Part shown: positions 35,480 through 35,709 of the stretch, piece after piece
Numbering within the stretch: the stretch's first letter is position 1
How the letters are laid out: every line of letters starts with the position of its first letter
Assembly: GCA_028282625.1 (NCBI GenBank)
Contig: JANQHP010000171.1
Span: 1-35,709 of the forward strand
Reading direction: 5' to 3'
DNA length: 35,709 nt
From: Rickettsiales bacterium
Lineage (GTDB): Bacteria > Pseudomonadota > Alphaproteobacteria > Rickettsiales > UBA8987
Made by a program: the position numbers and the translations under genes
The notes under the pieces: generated by a model
The model's database searches: none
What the model saw: only the letters and a program-made list of their open reading frames with translations
What the model was told of the DNA's origin: nothing

Positions 35480-35709
35480 TCTATCCCAAGCGCGTTGCGT
35501 TGCGCTTCACAAAGCTCCGCCACTCCCTGCTTTGCCAGCGTAAAAAGTGAAGAAAATTGTTCTTCGCTAAAGGGCTTTTCCTCATCTGTAAGATTATCGT
35601 AACCTACCTCGTCTAAGTGAATAATCTTCTCCATCAGGCCAATTAGGTACTCCTTCTCTGACTGATTCATATCTGAATACTTAGGTGACAAATAAGTTCT
35701 AGTCCCTTT
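35476..35709 (-). CDS. rph: 3' end of a CDS open to the window edge; probable divergent ribonuclease PH
   Basis: The frame is open to nt 35709, so the TTG at 35691 is not necessarily the start. The C-terminal [29 protein letters not shown] resembles the RNase PH C-terminus as I remember it (PF[ST]xEEL..LL.LA..GI......Q..AL). rph-rdgB-hemW is conserved synteny. The region upstream of that segment is poorly RNase PH-like. Confidence 0.45.
   Translation of the reverse strand, partial: KGTRTYLSPKYSDMNQSEKEYLIGLMEKIIHLDEVGYDNLTDEEKPFSEEQFSSLFTLAKQGVAELCEAQRNALGIE

Noticed and set aside
1-35709. Mobile elements, tRNA/rRNA genes, CRISPR arrays, toxin-antitoxin pairs and known defence-system genes
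   Set aside because: I looked in every intergenic spacer (all under 300 nt) and among the unassigned ORFs. I found no cloverleaf-like sequence, no repeat-spacer periodicity, no transposase, integrase or recombinase motifs, no terminal inverted repeats, and no nuclease or ATPase pairs of unknown function.

Overview
The window is a chromosomal segment with protein-coding density close to 90%. It contains no rRNA, tRNA, CRISPR array, transposase or integrase that I could recognise. Gene content and local synteny point to a Proteobacterium, most likely an alphaproteobacterium. The supporting blocks are ftsK-lolA, erpA-dnaQ / dgt-argS-SPOR-nagZ, ddl-ftsQ-ftsA, gshB-BON-yraN-rsmI / lpoA-like, and rph-like-rdgB-hemW. 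This lineage assignment is inference, not a search result.

Most of the window is housekeeping. Five parts are not explained by housekeeping annotation:

1. **Lipoprotein array (9058-10992).** Five tightly packed, diverged paralogous small lipoprotein genes share a two-cysteine, Trp/Tyr-rich domain that I cannot assign to a known family. The array sits where two conserved synteny blocks are broken. This is my best candidate for an undescribed system.
2. **Beta-oxidation-type operon (20371-25817, minus strand).** A thiolase gene and an 830-aa hydroxyacyl-CoA dehydrogenase/enoyl-CoA hydratase gene are interleaved with two unrecognisable ORFs of 405 and 200 aa. The junctions suggest translational coupling. 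The 405-aa protein is an internal two-fold repeat.
3. **Sigma-54 promoter (25921-26037).** A textbook -24/-12 element, with an upstream palindrome/direct repeat and an IHF-like site, precedes a phosphorelay pair. The pair is a response regulator with an unknown N-terminal domain and a C-terminal receiver, plus a soluble PAS-GAF hybrid kinase with REC and HPt domains.
4. **dcw fragment.** The ddl-ftsQ-ftsA block is cut at both ends, and an orphan phaC sits directly upstream of ddl.
5. **Two more lipoprotein genes and the metE leader.** One lipoprotein is proline-rich. The other is a 59-aa Cys-rich ORF below the ORF-track size cutoff. An unclassified structured leader lies in front of metE.

All calls rest on motif recognition by eye. 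No database search or RNA or protein model was run.
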